Positions 1 through 9,916 of a DNA stretch of 64,000 bases are shown here, one piece after another. A program made the position numbers and the translations under genes. The stretch is from Aliiroseovarius sp. (lineage in GTDB: Bacteria; Pseudomonadota; Alphaproteobacteria; Rhodobacterales; Rhodobacteraceae), in NCBI GenBank assembly GCA_030625565.1, contig DAOUQO010000001.1, forward strand, positions 3,220 through 67,219, written 5' to 3'. The notes beneath the pieces are model-generated. The model had not been told where the DNA came from and did no database searches. It worked only from the letters and a program-made list of their open reading frames with translations. Positions within the stretch are counted from its first letter, which is position 1. Every line of letters begins with the position of its first letter.

Positions 1-1270
1 ATTCATAATTTTCGTCACGCATTTCAGCATCTGTAAAGGCCATAAAAGGTGTGCCCGGTCCATCCAATGCTATACGGCCATCAATGCGGTTCGCACGTAT
101 CTGTGCTGTTTGTAAATCCTCGTGGACACCCGAACCGGGCAGAACCGGCGAGTGATCCTCGATCACGGCCCGCATATGACGAAACGGGCTATAAGCAAGG
201 TTGAAAAAACTAGGTAGCGCCATAATCAGCGCAGCGGTTGCTGTTAGCATCAGCGCCTTATGCAGGTTCCAGCCAAGGCTATTGCGCACCCCCCCGGATG
301 GCAAAGTCACAAACAACATCATTCCCAACAGGCCCAACCATTGTGGGTCATTGCCAAAGTTTTGGTATGTGACATAGAAAAAACTGGGGACGAGCGTCAG
401 TAAAATTAAGCCCTCTAACCCGCGACCAGCCTGGCGCAATAAAATCACCCCCGAAACCAGCACCAACGAGCCGCCCATGTAGGCAGGCGCACCAATAACA
501 GACAAGAACGGCAGGCTTGGCTGGGTGCGAACATTGCCGCTTGAAACAGCAATAAGATCGTTAAGATAGGCACTCCAGAACCCCATGCCAGCGGCCAATG
601 TCACCGCAGCCATAACCGCCAAGCCCGATATAAATGCCCAAAGAACTGTCATTCCAGCCTTGCGCCCGGCCAAGCCGACCAAAACAGGCAAGGCAAATCC
701 GGCAAAATAGGTGACCTTGATCAGCGCCATCGCCGCCATGCCAAAACCAACAACCATACCGTCTGCCACAGGGCGGTTTTTACCTTCGTTTGGTACAAAA
801 ATTGTTGCGATAACCAGAAATGCGGCAGCCCAGGCCCAGCGGTTATAATGCATCGAAATTGATACCGCGCGCACCCCTTCACCATGCACCAAAGCAAGGA
901 TCAAAACCAACACCGCCGCCCCGAACAAATAGGCCCAGCCGCCCTTGAAACGACTAAAGGAAACCCACCAGATGGCAGGTAAAAACAAAACAGCAACAAG
1001 GACTTGGGACCAAAGGATGGCATGGCCGACTCCAAACCCAGCCTTGAGAAAGGCAACGATTGGCAAGAAGGAAAACACCCCGATCGGGGTGACAAAATCC
1101 AGATGTGGCCAATCCCCTTGCGCCATGCGCAACACCATCTGCAACAGATGCAGCGTATCACCTTCATGCTTGTTGATGTAAAAGCCGCCCTTGCTGAGCG
1201 TGACCCCGGCCAGCACCAGCACCACCAAAGTCAGAAAGCCCATCAATATTGCGCGATTTGGTCTATTCAT
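1..1270 (-). CDS. polytopic integral membrane protein, N-terminal 423 codons only (3' end beyond the left window edge)
   Basis: Absent from the ORF track because it runs off the edge. My own reverse-strand translation from ATG 1270-1268 stays open to base 1: MNRPNRAILMGFLTLVVLVLAGVTLSKGGFYINKHEGDTLHLLQMVLRMAQGDWPHLDFVTPIGVFSFLPIVAFLKAGFGVGHAILWSQ... There are about ten hydrophobic helices in the first ~330 aa, then a polar part (..HMRAVIEDHSPVLPGSGVHEDLQTAQIRANRIDGRIALDGPGTPFMAFTDAEMRDENYE). No family recognised. Confidence 0.6.
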   Translation of the reverse strand, partial: MNRPNRAILMGFLTLVVLVLAGVTLSKGGFYINKHEGDTLHLLQMVLRMAQGDWPHLDFVTPIGVFSFLPIVAFLKAGFGVGHAILWSQVLVAVLFLPAIWWVSFSRFKGGWAYLFGAAVLVLILALVHGEGVRAVSISMHYNRWAWAAAFLVIATIFVPNEGKNRPVADGMVVGFGMAAMALIKVTYFAGFALPVLVGLAGRKAGMTVLWAFISGLAVMAAVTLAAGMGFWSAYLNDLIAVSSGNVRTQPSLPFLSVIGAPAYMGGSLVLVSGVILLRQAGRGLEGLILLTLVPSFFYVTYQNFGNDPQWLGLLGMMLFVTLPSGGVRNSLGWNLHKALMLTATAALIMALPSFFNLAYSPFRHMRAVIEDHSPVLPGSGVHEDLQTAQIRANRIDGRIALDGPGTPFMAFTDAEMRDENYE

Positions 1271-1415
1271 ATCGGCCTCCTGTTAACTTTTGGGAAAGAC
1301 CAGCGTTGCACAATTGTCATGCCGCAAGGCTTTCCGCAGTTTTTGTTGTCGAAATGGCTTCTTACCGTTAGAATCACAGGAAAACACACAAAACAAGAAA
1401 AAATCGAGCAATCAG

Positions 1416-2726
1416 ATGAATATGCAAACCTCCAATGTTGCCCCCCCACCCCCCGCACGTGATATTTCCGATACCGGTTTAAGCCTGGTTATGATGCGTG
1501 ATATCATGCTGAAAACCATGTTCCGCACCAACAAAGAAGAAGTCAGCGCACTGGAAAAAGTGCTGTGCCTGCCCAGCCGTGTGGTGCAGGAATTAATTGA
1601 TATGGGCCGCGATCAGGCGTTGATCGAGGCAACAGGCACGCTCCACGCCAATTCGGGCGGTGAAATGGGGTTTCGCCTGACAGATACCGGCAAGGCGCGC
1701 GCGCTGGATGCCCTAAGCCAGTCGGAATATTACGGCGCAATGCCGGTGCCAATGGCCGTTTACGCCGAACAGGTGAAACGCCAGTCCATCCGAAACATCC
1801 AGATGACACGCGACCAACTGACCGGCGCAATGGGCCACCTTGTTCTGCCACCGGATTTGCTTGGCCAACTTGGGCCTGCGGTGGGTTCAGGGCGCTCAAT
1901 CTTAATGTACGGACCGCCCGGTAATGGTAAATCCTCAATTTCGAATGGTATCCGCGACGCGCTTGGCGACAAGATTTATGTGCCACACGCGATTGAATAT
2001 TCCGGGCAGGTTATTACAGTTTTTGACCCGATCGTGCACAGTTCGGCCGAAGCACAGGTGGATGACCCCAGTTCGCTGCGCCGCACATCAAACGTGTATG
2101 ATCGCCGCTATGTTTTGTGCGAACGCCCAACGGTTATTACCGGCGGCGAGCTAACGATCGATATGCTTAATCTGGTTTACAACGCCACCTCGCGCACCTA
2201 TCAGGCGCCGCTGCAAATGAAATCAACCGGCGGCGTTTTTATTGTCGATGACCTTGGGCGTCAGGCCGAACCACCACAGGCGTTGATTAACCGCTGGATT
2301 GTTCCGCTTGAGGAAAACAAGGATATCCTAGCGCTGCAATCGGGTGAAAAATTCGAGGTGCCCTTTGACACCTTGGTCATTTTCTCAACCAACTTCCACC
2401 CGAACGAAATTTTCGACAAAGCGGCCTTAAGGCGGATTTTCTTCAAGATCAAAATCGACGGGCCAAGCCAAGAAGATTTCTTGAAAATCTTTGCGATGGT
2501 TGCCCGCAAACGCAACATCCCGCTGGATGAAACAACCTTGGTGCATCTTCTGAAAAAGAAATACCCCACCATCGACAACATCTATGCCAATTATCAGCCG
2601 ATTTTCTTAATCGACCAGATGCTTGCCATTTGCGATTTTGAAGGCCTGCCGCCCCAGATGACGCCTGATTTGATTGATCGCGCCTGGGCCAACATGTTTG
2701 TGCGTGAAGAACATATAGAACATTAA
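1416..2726 (+). CDS. AAA+ family ATPase with a ~190-aa N-terminal non-ATPase domain
   Basis: The track ORF 1290..2726 begins at a TTG. The first in-frame ATG is 1416 (MNMQTSNVAPPP..). Walker A GPPGNGKS, Walker B GGVFIVDDLG, sensor-1 IFSTN, Arg region AALRRIF. The start is uncertain. Confidence 0.8.
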   Translation: MNMQTSNVAPPPPARDISDTGLSLVMMRDIMLKTMFRTNKEEVSALEKVLCLPSRVVQELIDMGRDQALIEATGTLHANSGGEMGFRLTDTGKARALDALSQSEYYGAMPVPMAVYAEQVKRQSIRNIQMTRDQLTGAMGHLVLPPDLLGQLGPAVGSGRSILMYGPPGNGKSSISNGIRDALGDKIYVPHAIEYSGQVITVFDPIVHSSAEAQVDDPSSLRRTSNVYDRRYVLCERPTVITGGELTIDMLNLVYNATSRTYQAPLQMKSTGGVFIVDDLGRQAEPPQALINRWIVPLEENKDILALQSGEKFEVPFDTLVIFSTNFHPNEIFDKAALRRIFFKIKIDGPSQEDFLKIFAMVARKRNIPLDETTLVHLLKKKYPTIDNIYANYQPIFLIDQMLAICDFEGLPPQMTPDLIDRAWANMFVREEHIEH

Positions 2727-2754
2727 CAAAGCCCAGTTTCAAACATAGAAGATG

Positions 2755-3519
2755 TTAAAGTAATCCCAATTTTTCAACTTCTGGTTCAAACTTACGACTA
2801 ACCGGCACACGGGTACCGTCGATTAGAATTAAAAAGCTTGTCCCAGATTTGCCATTTGAACCATGGCCAGAAACCGCGGAAATTGCCACCCAATGGGAAC
2901 GGTGGGTGCGCACGCCGTCGACCCCCTCCATTTCTTTGATGGCATCGGCCAGGCGCATCCGGATTTCGCAAACCCCCTGCGTTGTGCGAACTTTGATATG
3001 ATGGTTTTTCGCACTTATCTGTAAAACCTTGCCATGGGGGGCCACGGGAATACGGTCAAACAGCCGTGGGGTTAAAGCGCTTGAAACATGACGGCCCTGC
3101 CCCCTGGTTGCCACTGAAATCGTATAGCGCACAAACATAACAAGGATGCCCACAAAGAATACAAAAAAGGGCAGCTTCCAGCTGTCTTCGTACCCATTAG
3201 GACCAGCAGGAATAAATGGTTTTGATATCATTAGGATGAATGAAGGTAGGGCCAACGACAGCAGAAAAACAGCGCCCAGATCAACCAAACCAAAGCTTAG
3301 ATTCGGGAATATATTTTTAACAAGAAAACGTAAAAAGCTGATCAAAGCATAGGATATAAAAACGATGATACCCCAATAGATTAACCTGCTCGGCAGCTCT
3401 AAAAGGCCAAACGTTCCGAAAGGGCCAATAACGCCGACAACGGTGCTGATTCCCAAAAAAAGCACTAAGCGCATTGGCCACATAACAGAAGCCACAAATT
3501 TCATTACAAAGTTCTTCAT
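2755..3519 (-). CDS. membrane-anchored LytTR-domain DNA-binding protein
   Basis: The N-terminal half has 4-5 hydrophobic helices. The C-terminal ~95 aa fit the LytTR pattern (LQISAKNHHIKVRTTQGVCEIRMRLADAIKEM..VRTHRSHWVAISAV). The ATG is preceded by GGGGGGGAA. Confidence 0.75.
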   Translation of the reverse strand: MKNFVMKFVASVMWPMRLVLFLGISTVVGVIGPFGTFGLLELPSRLIYWGIIVFISYALISFLRFLVKNIFPNLSFGLVDLGAVFLLSLALPSFILMISKPFIPAGPNGYEDSWKLPFFVFFVGILVMFVRYTISVATRGQGRHVSSALTPRLFDRIPVAPHGKVLQISAKNHHIKVRTTQGVCEIRMRLADAIKEMEGVDGVRTHRSHWVAISAVSGHGSNGKSGTSFLILIDGTRVPVSRKFEPEVEKLGLL

Positions 3520-3741
3520 TTCCCCCCCTGAAAAACCTTACGAGCATAGGCGACTTATAAGATTATGGCGCGTTCTTCAATGTTTTATATCTTGCCCAAA
3601 AAGGGTGGCGCAGCATTCCGGGTTTTATGTAAAAAATCTGCCCTTGAATCTAACGGCTTATCCACTGGTTAAGGCAAGAAACCTTGGGGCTTGGCGTCGC
3701 AATCCGAATACGCCAATATGTCGCAAAACCCGGAGGGAAAC

Positions 3742-4536
3742 ATGAAACAACACGTAATCGTGACCGAAAATAACGGCATTGCAACGGTGGCCCTAAACCG
3801 TCCTGAAAAAAAGAATGCCCTGAACATAGAATTGATCCAGGCACTGGTGGATGCCGGAACGCAACTATCTGACCGACGCGACATTCGCGCGGTTATTTTA
3901 ACAGGCGCAGGCAATACATTTTGTGCCGGGCTTGATGTGGCCGCAATGCCAAAAATTGCTGCGTTTGCTAATGAAGCAGGCGGCATTATGAAACGTACCC
4001 ACGGCACATCCAACATTTTTCAGGCAACCAGTACCATCTGGGCCGGCCTCCCGATGCCGGTAATTGCGGCTGTCAGTGGCTATGCCTTTGGCGGTGGGTT
4101 CCAAATTATGCTGGGGGCCGATATTCGCATTGCCGCACCCGATACCAGATTTTCGATTATGGAAACAAAATGGGGGCTGGTGCCTGATATGGGCGGCATG
4201 GTCGCAATGCACCGGCTGGCCCGCGCCGATGTCATTCGCCGCCTGACTTATACTGCCGAAATATTTGATGGCACCGCCGCCTTGGACTGGGGTTTTGTTA
4301 CTGAACTGGCCGCCGATCCAATGGCGCGTGCAACCGCGCTGGCGGCAGAAATTGCCCGCCGTTCACCCGATGCTGTGCGCACGGCCAAAAGCCTGATCAA
4401 CGCCACAGCCACCATGAACGAGGCCGAAATCCTGTTAGAAGAAAGCCGTGCGCAAGGCACACTTATTGGCCAGCCAAACCAGATTGAATCCGTAATGGCA
4501 GGCTTTGAAAATCGCCCGCCAAACTTTAGCGACTAA
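3742..4536 (+). CDS. enoyl-CoA hydratase/isomerase (crotonase) family protein
   Basis: [24 protein letters not shown] and [21 protein letters not shown] are crotonase-fold signatures. ATG 3742 (MKQHVIV..) is preceded by GGAGGG, so the track start 3691 is less likely. Confidence 0.85.
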   Translation: MKQHVIVTENNGIATVALNRPEKKNALNIELIQALVDAGTQLSDRRDIRAVILTGAGNTFCAGLDVAAMPKIAAFANEAGGIMKRTHGTSNIFQATSTIWAGLPMPVIAAVSGYAFGGGFQIMLGADIRIAAPDTRFSIMETKWGLVPDMGGMVAMHRLARADVIRRLTYTAEIFDGTAALDWGFVTELAADPMARATALAAEIARRSPDAVRTAKSLINATATMNEAEILLEESRAQGTLIGQPNQIESVMAGFENRPPNFSD

Positions 4537-5435
4537 ACTGTAAGTCCCTCCGGCTCAGCCACCCCATTTGCCCGACAACACGCGGTCAGGGTGTTGGCCA
4601 ACAGGCACGCAATGGTCATCGGCCCCACCCCACCAGGCACAGGCGTAATGGCACCGGCAACCGCGCTGGCACTGGCAAAATCAACATCCCCCACCAGACG
4701 CGTTTTACCGATCCCGCGTTCGGGCGCATCCAGACGGTTAATGCCGACATCAATCACCGTTGCACCGGGCTTAATCCAGTCGCCGGGCACCATTTCAGGC
4801 CGCCCAACCGCCGCCACGACGATATCAGCACGCCTCACAACATCAGCCAGATCCCTGGTGCGACTATGGGCAATCGTCACAGTACAACTGTCACCCAGCA
4901 ACAGCTGCGCCATTGGTTTTCCAACAATATTTGAACGCCCGATCACCACTGCATCCAAGCCTGAAAGACTGCCATGATGTTCACGCAGCATCATCAAACA
5001 GCCCAGCGGCGTACAGGGCACCATAGATTTTTGGCCGGTCCCCAACAGGCCCACATTCGAAATATGGAAACCATCCACATCCTTGGCCGGATCAATCGAA
5101 TTAATCACCAAAGCCTCGTTTAGATGCTTGGGTAGCGGCAGTTGCACCAAAATCCCATGTATATCTGCATCATTATTCAGCTGTTTTATCAAGGCCAGCA
5201 AATCAACCTCGGGCGTATCAACATCCAACTTGTGCGTATGGGAATTCATCCCGACCTCGACCGTCAGCTTGCCTTTTGAACGTACATAAACCTGACTGGC
5301 GGCATCTTCACCTACCAATACCACGGCCAATCCGGGGGTAATTCCATGCGCTGCCTTCAAGCGGCCAACATGATCAGCCACCTTGGCACGCACCTTTGCA
5401 GCAAAGGCTTTACCATCTAAAATCTCAGCACTCAT
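4533..5435 (-). CDS. folD: bifunctional 5,10-methylene-THF dehydrogenase / methenyl-THF cyclohydrolase
   Basis: [19 protein letters not shown].., [14 protein letters not shown] and [10 protein letters not shown]. Internal ATG 5435 is preceded by AGAGGAAAA. The gene lies directly downstream of fhs. Confidence 0.95.
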   Translation of the reverse strand: MSAEILDGKAFAAKVRAKVADHVGRLKAAHGITPGLAVVLVGEDAASQVYVRSKGKLTVEVGMNSHTHKLDVDTPEVDLLALIKQLNNDADIHGILVQLPLPKHLNEALVINSIDPAKDVDGFHISNVGLLGTGQKSMVPCTPLGCLMMLREHHGSLSGLDAVVIGRSNIVGKPMAQLLLGDSCTVTIAHSRTRDLADVVRRADIVVAAVGRPEMVPGDWIKPGATVIDVGINRLDAPERGIGKTRLVGDVDFASASAVAGAITPVPGGVGPMTIACLLANTLTACCRANGVAEPEGLTV

Positions 5436-5438
5436 GCG

Positions 5439-5474
5439 TTTTCCTCTTGCAATAAATATCCCCGCCGGAGGCAT
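5439..5474 (-). repeat. dispersed intercistronic element, copy 1 (sense: ATGCCTCCGGCGGGGATATTTATTGCAAGAGGAAAA)
   Basis: 35/36 identical to 17233..17268 and 28/32 identical to 28761..28793. It starts 6 nt after the fhs stop codon and supplies the folD SD. Confidence 0.8.
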
Positions 5475-5480
5475 CCAGCC

Positions 5481-7157
5481 TTAGAACAAACCCTCAACCT
5501 CGCCTGCATCATTCAGCCCGATGGCTAAAGCAGCCGGTTTGCGTGGCAGGCCGGGCATGGTCATGATCGCACCGCAAATCACCACAATAAACCCTGCACC
5601 GGCCGAAAGACGGACCTCGCGGATCGGGAAACTATGCCCCGTGGGTGCGCCCCGCACGCTGGCATCTGTGGTGAATGAATATTGCGTCTTGGCCATGCAA
5701 ACCGGTAGATGGCCGTATCCGGCATCTTCCCAAGCAGTAAGCTGGTCGCGAATTTTCTTGTCGGCAACAACATCGCTAGCGTGGTAAATTTGCTTGGCGA
5801 TCACCTCGATCTTTTCAAGCAGACCAAGGTCATCAGCATAAAGCGGTGCAAAATTGGCACCACCTTCATCAATGATTTCAACCACCCGATTGGCCAGATC
5901 AACCGTACCTTCGCTGCCCAGTTCCCAGTGGCGGCACAAAATGGCCTCGGCCCCTTGGGCGGCGGCTATGTCGTTAATTGCCGCAACTTCGGCATCCGTG
6001 TCCGTGACAAAATGGTTGATCGCAACCACTACCGGCACCCCGAAGGATTTCAGGTTGTTAATGTGGCGCGCAAGGTTAGGGCCGCCATCCAGAACCGCCT
6101 GAACGCTTTCACCGCCAAGGTCGGCCTTGGCAACGCCGCCGTTCATTTTCATCGCCCGCACTGTTGCGACCAAAACCACCACTTCGGGGGCTATGCCCGC
6201 CTTACGGCATTTAATGTTCATGAATTTTTCAGCGCCTAAATCAGCGCCAAATCCGGCCTCGGTGACCACATAATCGGCCAGTTTCAGCGCAGTTTTAGTG
6301 GCCGTAACCGAATTGCAACCATGGGCGATATTGGCAAACGGGCCGCCATGCACAAAGGCAGGATTGTTTTCCAGCGTTTGCACCAAATTAGGCTGCATCG
6401 CATCGCGCAGCAGCACCGTCATTGCGCCGTCTGCGCCAATATCACGCGCATAAATCGGCGTGCGTGCGCGCGTATAGGCAACGATGATATCGCCCAGACG
6501 CTTTTGCAAATCCGTAAGGTCGTTAGCCAAACACAAGATCGCCATGACCTCGGATGCAACAGTAATGTCAAAACCGGTCTGGCGCGGAAAACCATTGGCG
6601 ACGCCGCCAAGACTGACAACCGTGTCACGCAAGGCGCGGTCGTTCATATCCATCACACGCTTCCAAACGATGCGGCGTTCGTCAATTTCCAGTTCATTAC
6701 CCCAATAAATGTGGTTATCGATCATGGCGCTTAGCAGGTTATGTGCGCTGGTTATGGCGTGAAAATCACCGGTGAAATGCAGGTTCATTTCTTCCATCGG
6801 CACAACTTGGGCGTAACCGCCACCGGCCGCCCCGCCCTTCATGCCAAAACACGGGCCAAGGGATGCCTCGCGGATGCAAACAGCGGTTTTCTTGCCAATC
6901 CGGTTCATCCCGTCAGCCAGCCCAACGGTGGTGGTTGTTTTTCCTTCGCCCGCAGGCGTCGGAGTGATCGCGGTAACAAGGATCAGCTTGCCATCTTCGC
7001 GGCCCTGAAGCGAGTTGATGAAATCCTGGCCAATCTTGGCCTTGTCGTGACCATAAGGGACCAGATCAGCATCGGGGATGCCCAGCTTGGCTGCAATTTT
7101 CTGGATTGGTTGTTTGTTTGCGGCGCGCGCGATTTCGATATCGGTTTTATAACTCAC
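5481..7157 (-). CDS. fhs: formate--tetrahydrofolate ligase
   Basis: 558 aa. P-loop [16 protein letters not shown] and family-typical sequence throughout. GTG start preceded by GGGAGGG. Confidence 0.95.
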   Translation of the reverse strand: MSYKTDIEIARAANKQPIQKIAAKLGIPDADLVPYGHDKAKIGQDFINSLQGREDGKLILVTAITPTPAGEGKTTTTVGLADGMNRIGKKTAVCIREASLGPCFGMKGGAAGGGYAQVVPMEEMNLHFTGDFHAITSAHNLLSAMIDNHIYWGNELEIDERRIVWKRVMDMNDRALRDTVVSLGGVANGFPRQTGFDITVASEVMAILCLANDLTDLQKRLGDIIVAYTRARTPIYARDIGADGAMTVLLRDAMQPNLVQTLENNPAFVHGGPFANIAHGCNSVTATKTALKLADYVVTEAGFGADLGAEKFMNIKCRKAGIAPEVVVLVATVRAMKMNGGVAKADLGGESVQAVLDGGPNLARHINNLKSFGVPVVVAINHFVTDTDAEVAAINDIAAAQGAEAILCRHWELGSEGTVDLANRVVEIIDEGGANFAPLYADDLGLLEKIEVIAKQIYHASDVVADKKIRDQLTAWEDAGYGHLPVCMAKTQYSFTTDASVRGAPTGHSFPIREVRLSAGAGFIVVICGAIMTMPGLPRKPAALAIGLNDAGEVEGLF

Positions 7158-7262
7158 TGGGCCCTCCCGAGGCGTAACTGGTGCTGTCTACAACCGTATA
7201 CCGAATGAAACCCAATTGCACCCACGAGATTGCGACATTTCAAGCCCCAAAATCGGCGCGCC

Positions 7263-7841
7263 CTAGGGCCGCCATGCCGGCTGGGTTGGTACAAACAATG
7301 CAATTTCATCACCCAGTGCCAAGGTGCCGGAGCGTTCCACCCATGCGCTAACCCCGCGCAGGTTTTTTGCGGCCAGCTTGAACGCGGCGCCTTTATTGGG
7401 CAAATCCTGATTGATTACCAGCGCAGGCAAATGACAAGGGCGGTTTTCCAAATCAATCGTTAACGTCGTGCCATTTTCAGCCTGCAGGCGCGCGCCGGGC
7501 GGAATGTGGCTGAAATCAGGGATGCCCTCCAGCACCAGACTTGCGCCAATCAGGCAGGGGTCAAGCACTGCAATATTCATTTTTTCGGCAATCATACCCA
7601 GTTGTTCGGCAGACAGAATGGTGATTTGACGGGTATTTTTTATTTCGGTGTTGCGTGGATACAAATCAGCAACCCGCGCACAAGACGGGCGCGTCAGCCC
7701 GCTATGGCTTTCCCCTTCAAAGCCATCAAAGCCAACCCGCACATGCTTAACAGAAACATTTCGCAAACTGTCTGCACGATCGAGGTTCAGCCCAAGAAAG
7801 GTAATGCGCGCGGTGAATTCGGTTTTTTCAAGGCTTGGCAT
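7263..7841 (-). CDS. MOSC domain-containing protein
   Basis: ~190 aa with a MOSC-like C-terminal half that includes a conserved Cys context (LENRPCHLPALV). I chose ATG 7841 because the track start 7874 is TTG and would overlap the ftsH terminator. Confidence 0.7.
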   Translation of the reverse strand: MPSLEKTEFTARITFLGLNLDRADSLRNVSVKHVRVGFDGFEGESHSGLTRPSCARVADLYPRNTEIKNTRQITILSAEQLGMIAEKMNIAVLDPCLIGASLVLEGIPDFSHIPPGARLQAENGTTLTIDLENRPCHLPALVINQDLPNKGAAFKLAAKNLRGVSAWVERSGTLALGDEIALFVPTQPAWRP

Positions 7842-7871
7842 AATCTGCTCTTTTGGTAAGGCGAAAGCGGG

Positions 7872-7908
7872 CAAACAAAAACCCGAAACCGCATATGGGT
7901 TCCGGGCT
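7872..7908 (-). terminator. intrinsic terminator downstream of ftsH
   Basis: Minus-sense RNA CCCGGAACC-CAUAUGC-GGUUUCGGG forms 9 bp (one G-U), followed by UUUUUGUUUG. Confidence 0.7.
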
Positions 7909-7921
7909 GTTTTTGCTTTGT

Positions 7922-9841
7922 TTACGCGGTTGGTTCAGGTTCCAACCCGCCATCGCCACCTGACGGTTTGGCGCGTGGCTTGGTCTTCGGGATTGCTGTG
8001 ACCGAAGGCGCGTTGCCCTCATCAGCGCTGTCATCGTCATCGTCCAGATGCGGTGGTTCACCCCGCATAACGCGCTTAATTTCTTCGCCAGTCAGGGTTT
8101 CATATTCCAAAAGGCCCTGCGCCAGACGTTCGAATTCCTGGTCATTTTCCGAAATCAGCTTGAATGCCAGATCATAGCCTTCGTCGATAAAGCGTTTCAC
8201 TTCGTCTTCGATCAGCTCTTTGGTATTGGCGGAAACCGACAGGCCATTGGCGCGGCCTGAATATCCCTCGGCGGCCTCGGCGTAATCGACATTACCAACC
8301 TTTTCCGACATGCCATAGCGCATGACCATCGAGCGCGCGAGCGAACTGGCCTGTTGGATATCCCCGACAGGGCCGGACGACACGCTATCAGCGCCGTATT
8401 TGTGGATTTCAGCGGCTTTACCGGCCATTGTCATGGCAATACGTTCTTCGGCTTCGTCCTTGAACATTTGCAGTTTGTCCATCTCGGGCAGGCTCATCAC
8501 CATACCCAACGCGCCGCCGCGCGGAATAATAGTCGCCTTATAAACCGGATCACATTTGGGCAGCATAATACCAACCAGCGCGTGGCCTGCTTCATGATAA
8601 GCAGTTTTTTCTTTCTGGTCATCGGTCAGCACCATTGAACGACGTTCAGGCCCCATCATCACCTTGTCTTTGGCGTTTTCAAAGTCTTCCATAACCACAA
8701 AGCGGCGATCAAGGCGCGCACCGGTCAAGGCGGCTTCGTTCACCAGATTTGCCAGATCCGCACCGGAAAAACCGGGGGTGCCGCGCGCAATAATGCGCAG
8801 GTCAACATCGGGGCCAAGGGGTACCTTGCGGGCATGTACGCCCAAAATTTTCTCGCGCCCCTTGATGTCCGGGTTTGGCACCTGAATTTGGCGGTCAAAA
8901 CGACCCGGGCGCAGCAAGGCAGGGTCCAGCACGTCACGCCGGTTGGTGGCCGCAATGATGATCACGCCTTCATTTGCCTCGAACCCGTCCATTTCAACCA
9001 GAAGCTGGTTCAAGGTCTGTTCACGTTCGTCATTGCCACCGCCGATGCCAACGCCGCGCGAACGGCCAACCGCATCAATTTCGTCGATAAAGACAATGCA
9101 GGGCGCGTTTTTCTTGGCTTGTTCAAACATGTCGCGCACCCGGCTTGCGCCAACGCCGACAAACATTTCCACGAAATCCGAACCCGAAATGGTAAAGAAC
9201 GGCACGCCCGCCTCGCCCGCAATAGCGCGCGCCAACAGCGTTTTACCAGTACCCGGAGGGCCGACCAGCAACGCGCCTTTGGGGATCTGCCCACCAAGGC
9301 GGCTAAATTTCTGGGGGTTGCGCAGGAATTCAACGATTTCTTCCAGCTCTTCCTTGGCTTCATCAATGCCGGCGACGTCGTCAAAGGTTTTACGCCCATC
9401 CGTCTGGTTCAGCATCTTGGCCTTGGATTTGCCAAAACCCATCGCGCCACCTTTGCCGCCACCCTGCATTCGGTTCATCATAAAGAACCAGAACCCGATC
9501 AAAATCAGCACCGGTAAAAGCATCGACAAAAGCGAAACAAAACCAGATTGTTCTTGTGCCTCGGCCTGAACAGCAACGCGGTTGGCGATCAGAAAATCCG
9601 AAACCGACGCATCGCTGGGAACGATAGTGGTATAATCGTTGCCGTCCGAGGCACGGTAAGTGATTGTTTCGCCATCGATTTTAGCCTGCGATACATCGCC
9701 GCCCTGAACCGCGGAAACAAAGGTGGAATAGCTGACCTGCTGCGTTGACGTATTTGATTGCCCGTTAGAAAACAGGTTAAACAAGGCCAAGATCAGCAAA
9801 AACAGCACAATCCAGAAGGCGAAATTTCTCGCGTTGCCCAA
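7922..9841 (-). CDS. ftsH: ATP-dependent zinc metalloprotease FtsH
   Basis: Walker A GPPGTGKT, Walker [10 protein letters not shown] and zinc site HEAGHA. Start re-assigned to TTG 9841 ([16 protein letters not shown], the usual alphaproteobacterial FtsH N-terminus), 6 nt after AAGGAG. The track start 9871 is also TTG. Confidence 0.95.
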   Translation of the reverse strand: MGNARNFAFWIVLFLLILALFNLFSNGQSNTSTQQVSYSTFVSAVQGGDVSQAKIDGETITYRASDGNDYTTIVPSDASVSDFLIANRVAVQAEAQEQSGFVSLLSMLLPVLILIGFWFFMMNRMQGGGKGGAMGFGKSKAKMLNQTDGRKTFDDVAGIDEAKEELEEIVEFLRNPQKFSRLGGQIPKGALLVGPPGTGKTLLARAIAGEAGVPFFTISGSDFVEMFVGVGASRVRDMFEQAKKNAPCIVFIDEIDAVGRSRGVGIGGGNDEREQTLNQLLVEMDGFEANEGVIIIAATNRRDVLDPALLRPGRFDRQIQVPNPDIKGREKILGVHARKVPLGPDVDLRIIARGTPGFSGADLANLVNEAALTGARLDRRFVVMEDFENAKDKVMMGPERRSMVLTDDQKEKTAYHEAGHALVGIMLPKCDPVYKATIIPRGGALGMVMSLPEMDKLQMFKDEAEERIAMTMAGKAAEIHKYGADSVSSGPVGDIQQASSLARSMVMRYGMSEKVGNVDYAEAAEGYSGRANGLSVSANTKELIEDEVKRFIDEGYDLAFKLISENDQEFERLAQGLLEYETLTGEEIKRVMRGEPPHLDDDDDSADEGNAPSVTAIPKTKPRAKPSGGDGGLEPEPTA

Positions 9842-9916
9842 GGGTATCTCCTTTAAATGCCGCGCAGCCAACAGGAAGCGCGTGTTGCCCTTAAAATAGG
9901 GATCAATTTCATTAGT

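Noticed and set aside
7158-7262. ZTP (pfl) or other folate-related riboswitch in the 105-nt leader of fhs-folD
   Set aside because: fhs and folD are classic ZTP targets, and the leader ends in ACGCCUCGGGAGGG, which vaguely resembles the conserved CCGCCUGGGC. However, I cannot find the 5' ACUGGCG-type motif or the required helices, and the match needs an insertion. A cmscan with the Rfam pfl and THF models would settle it.
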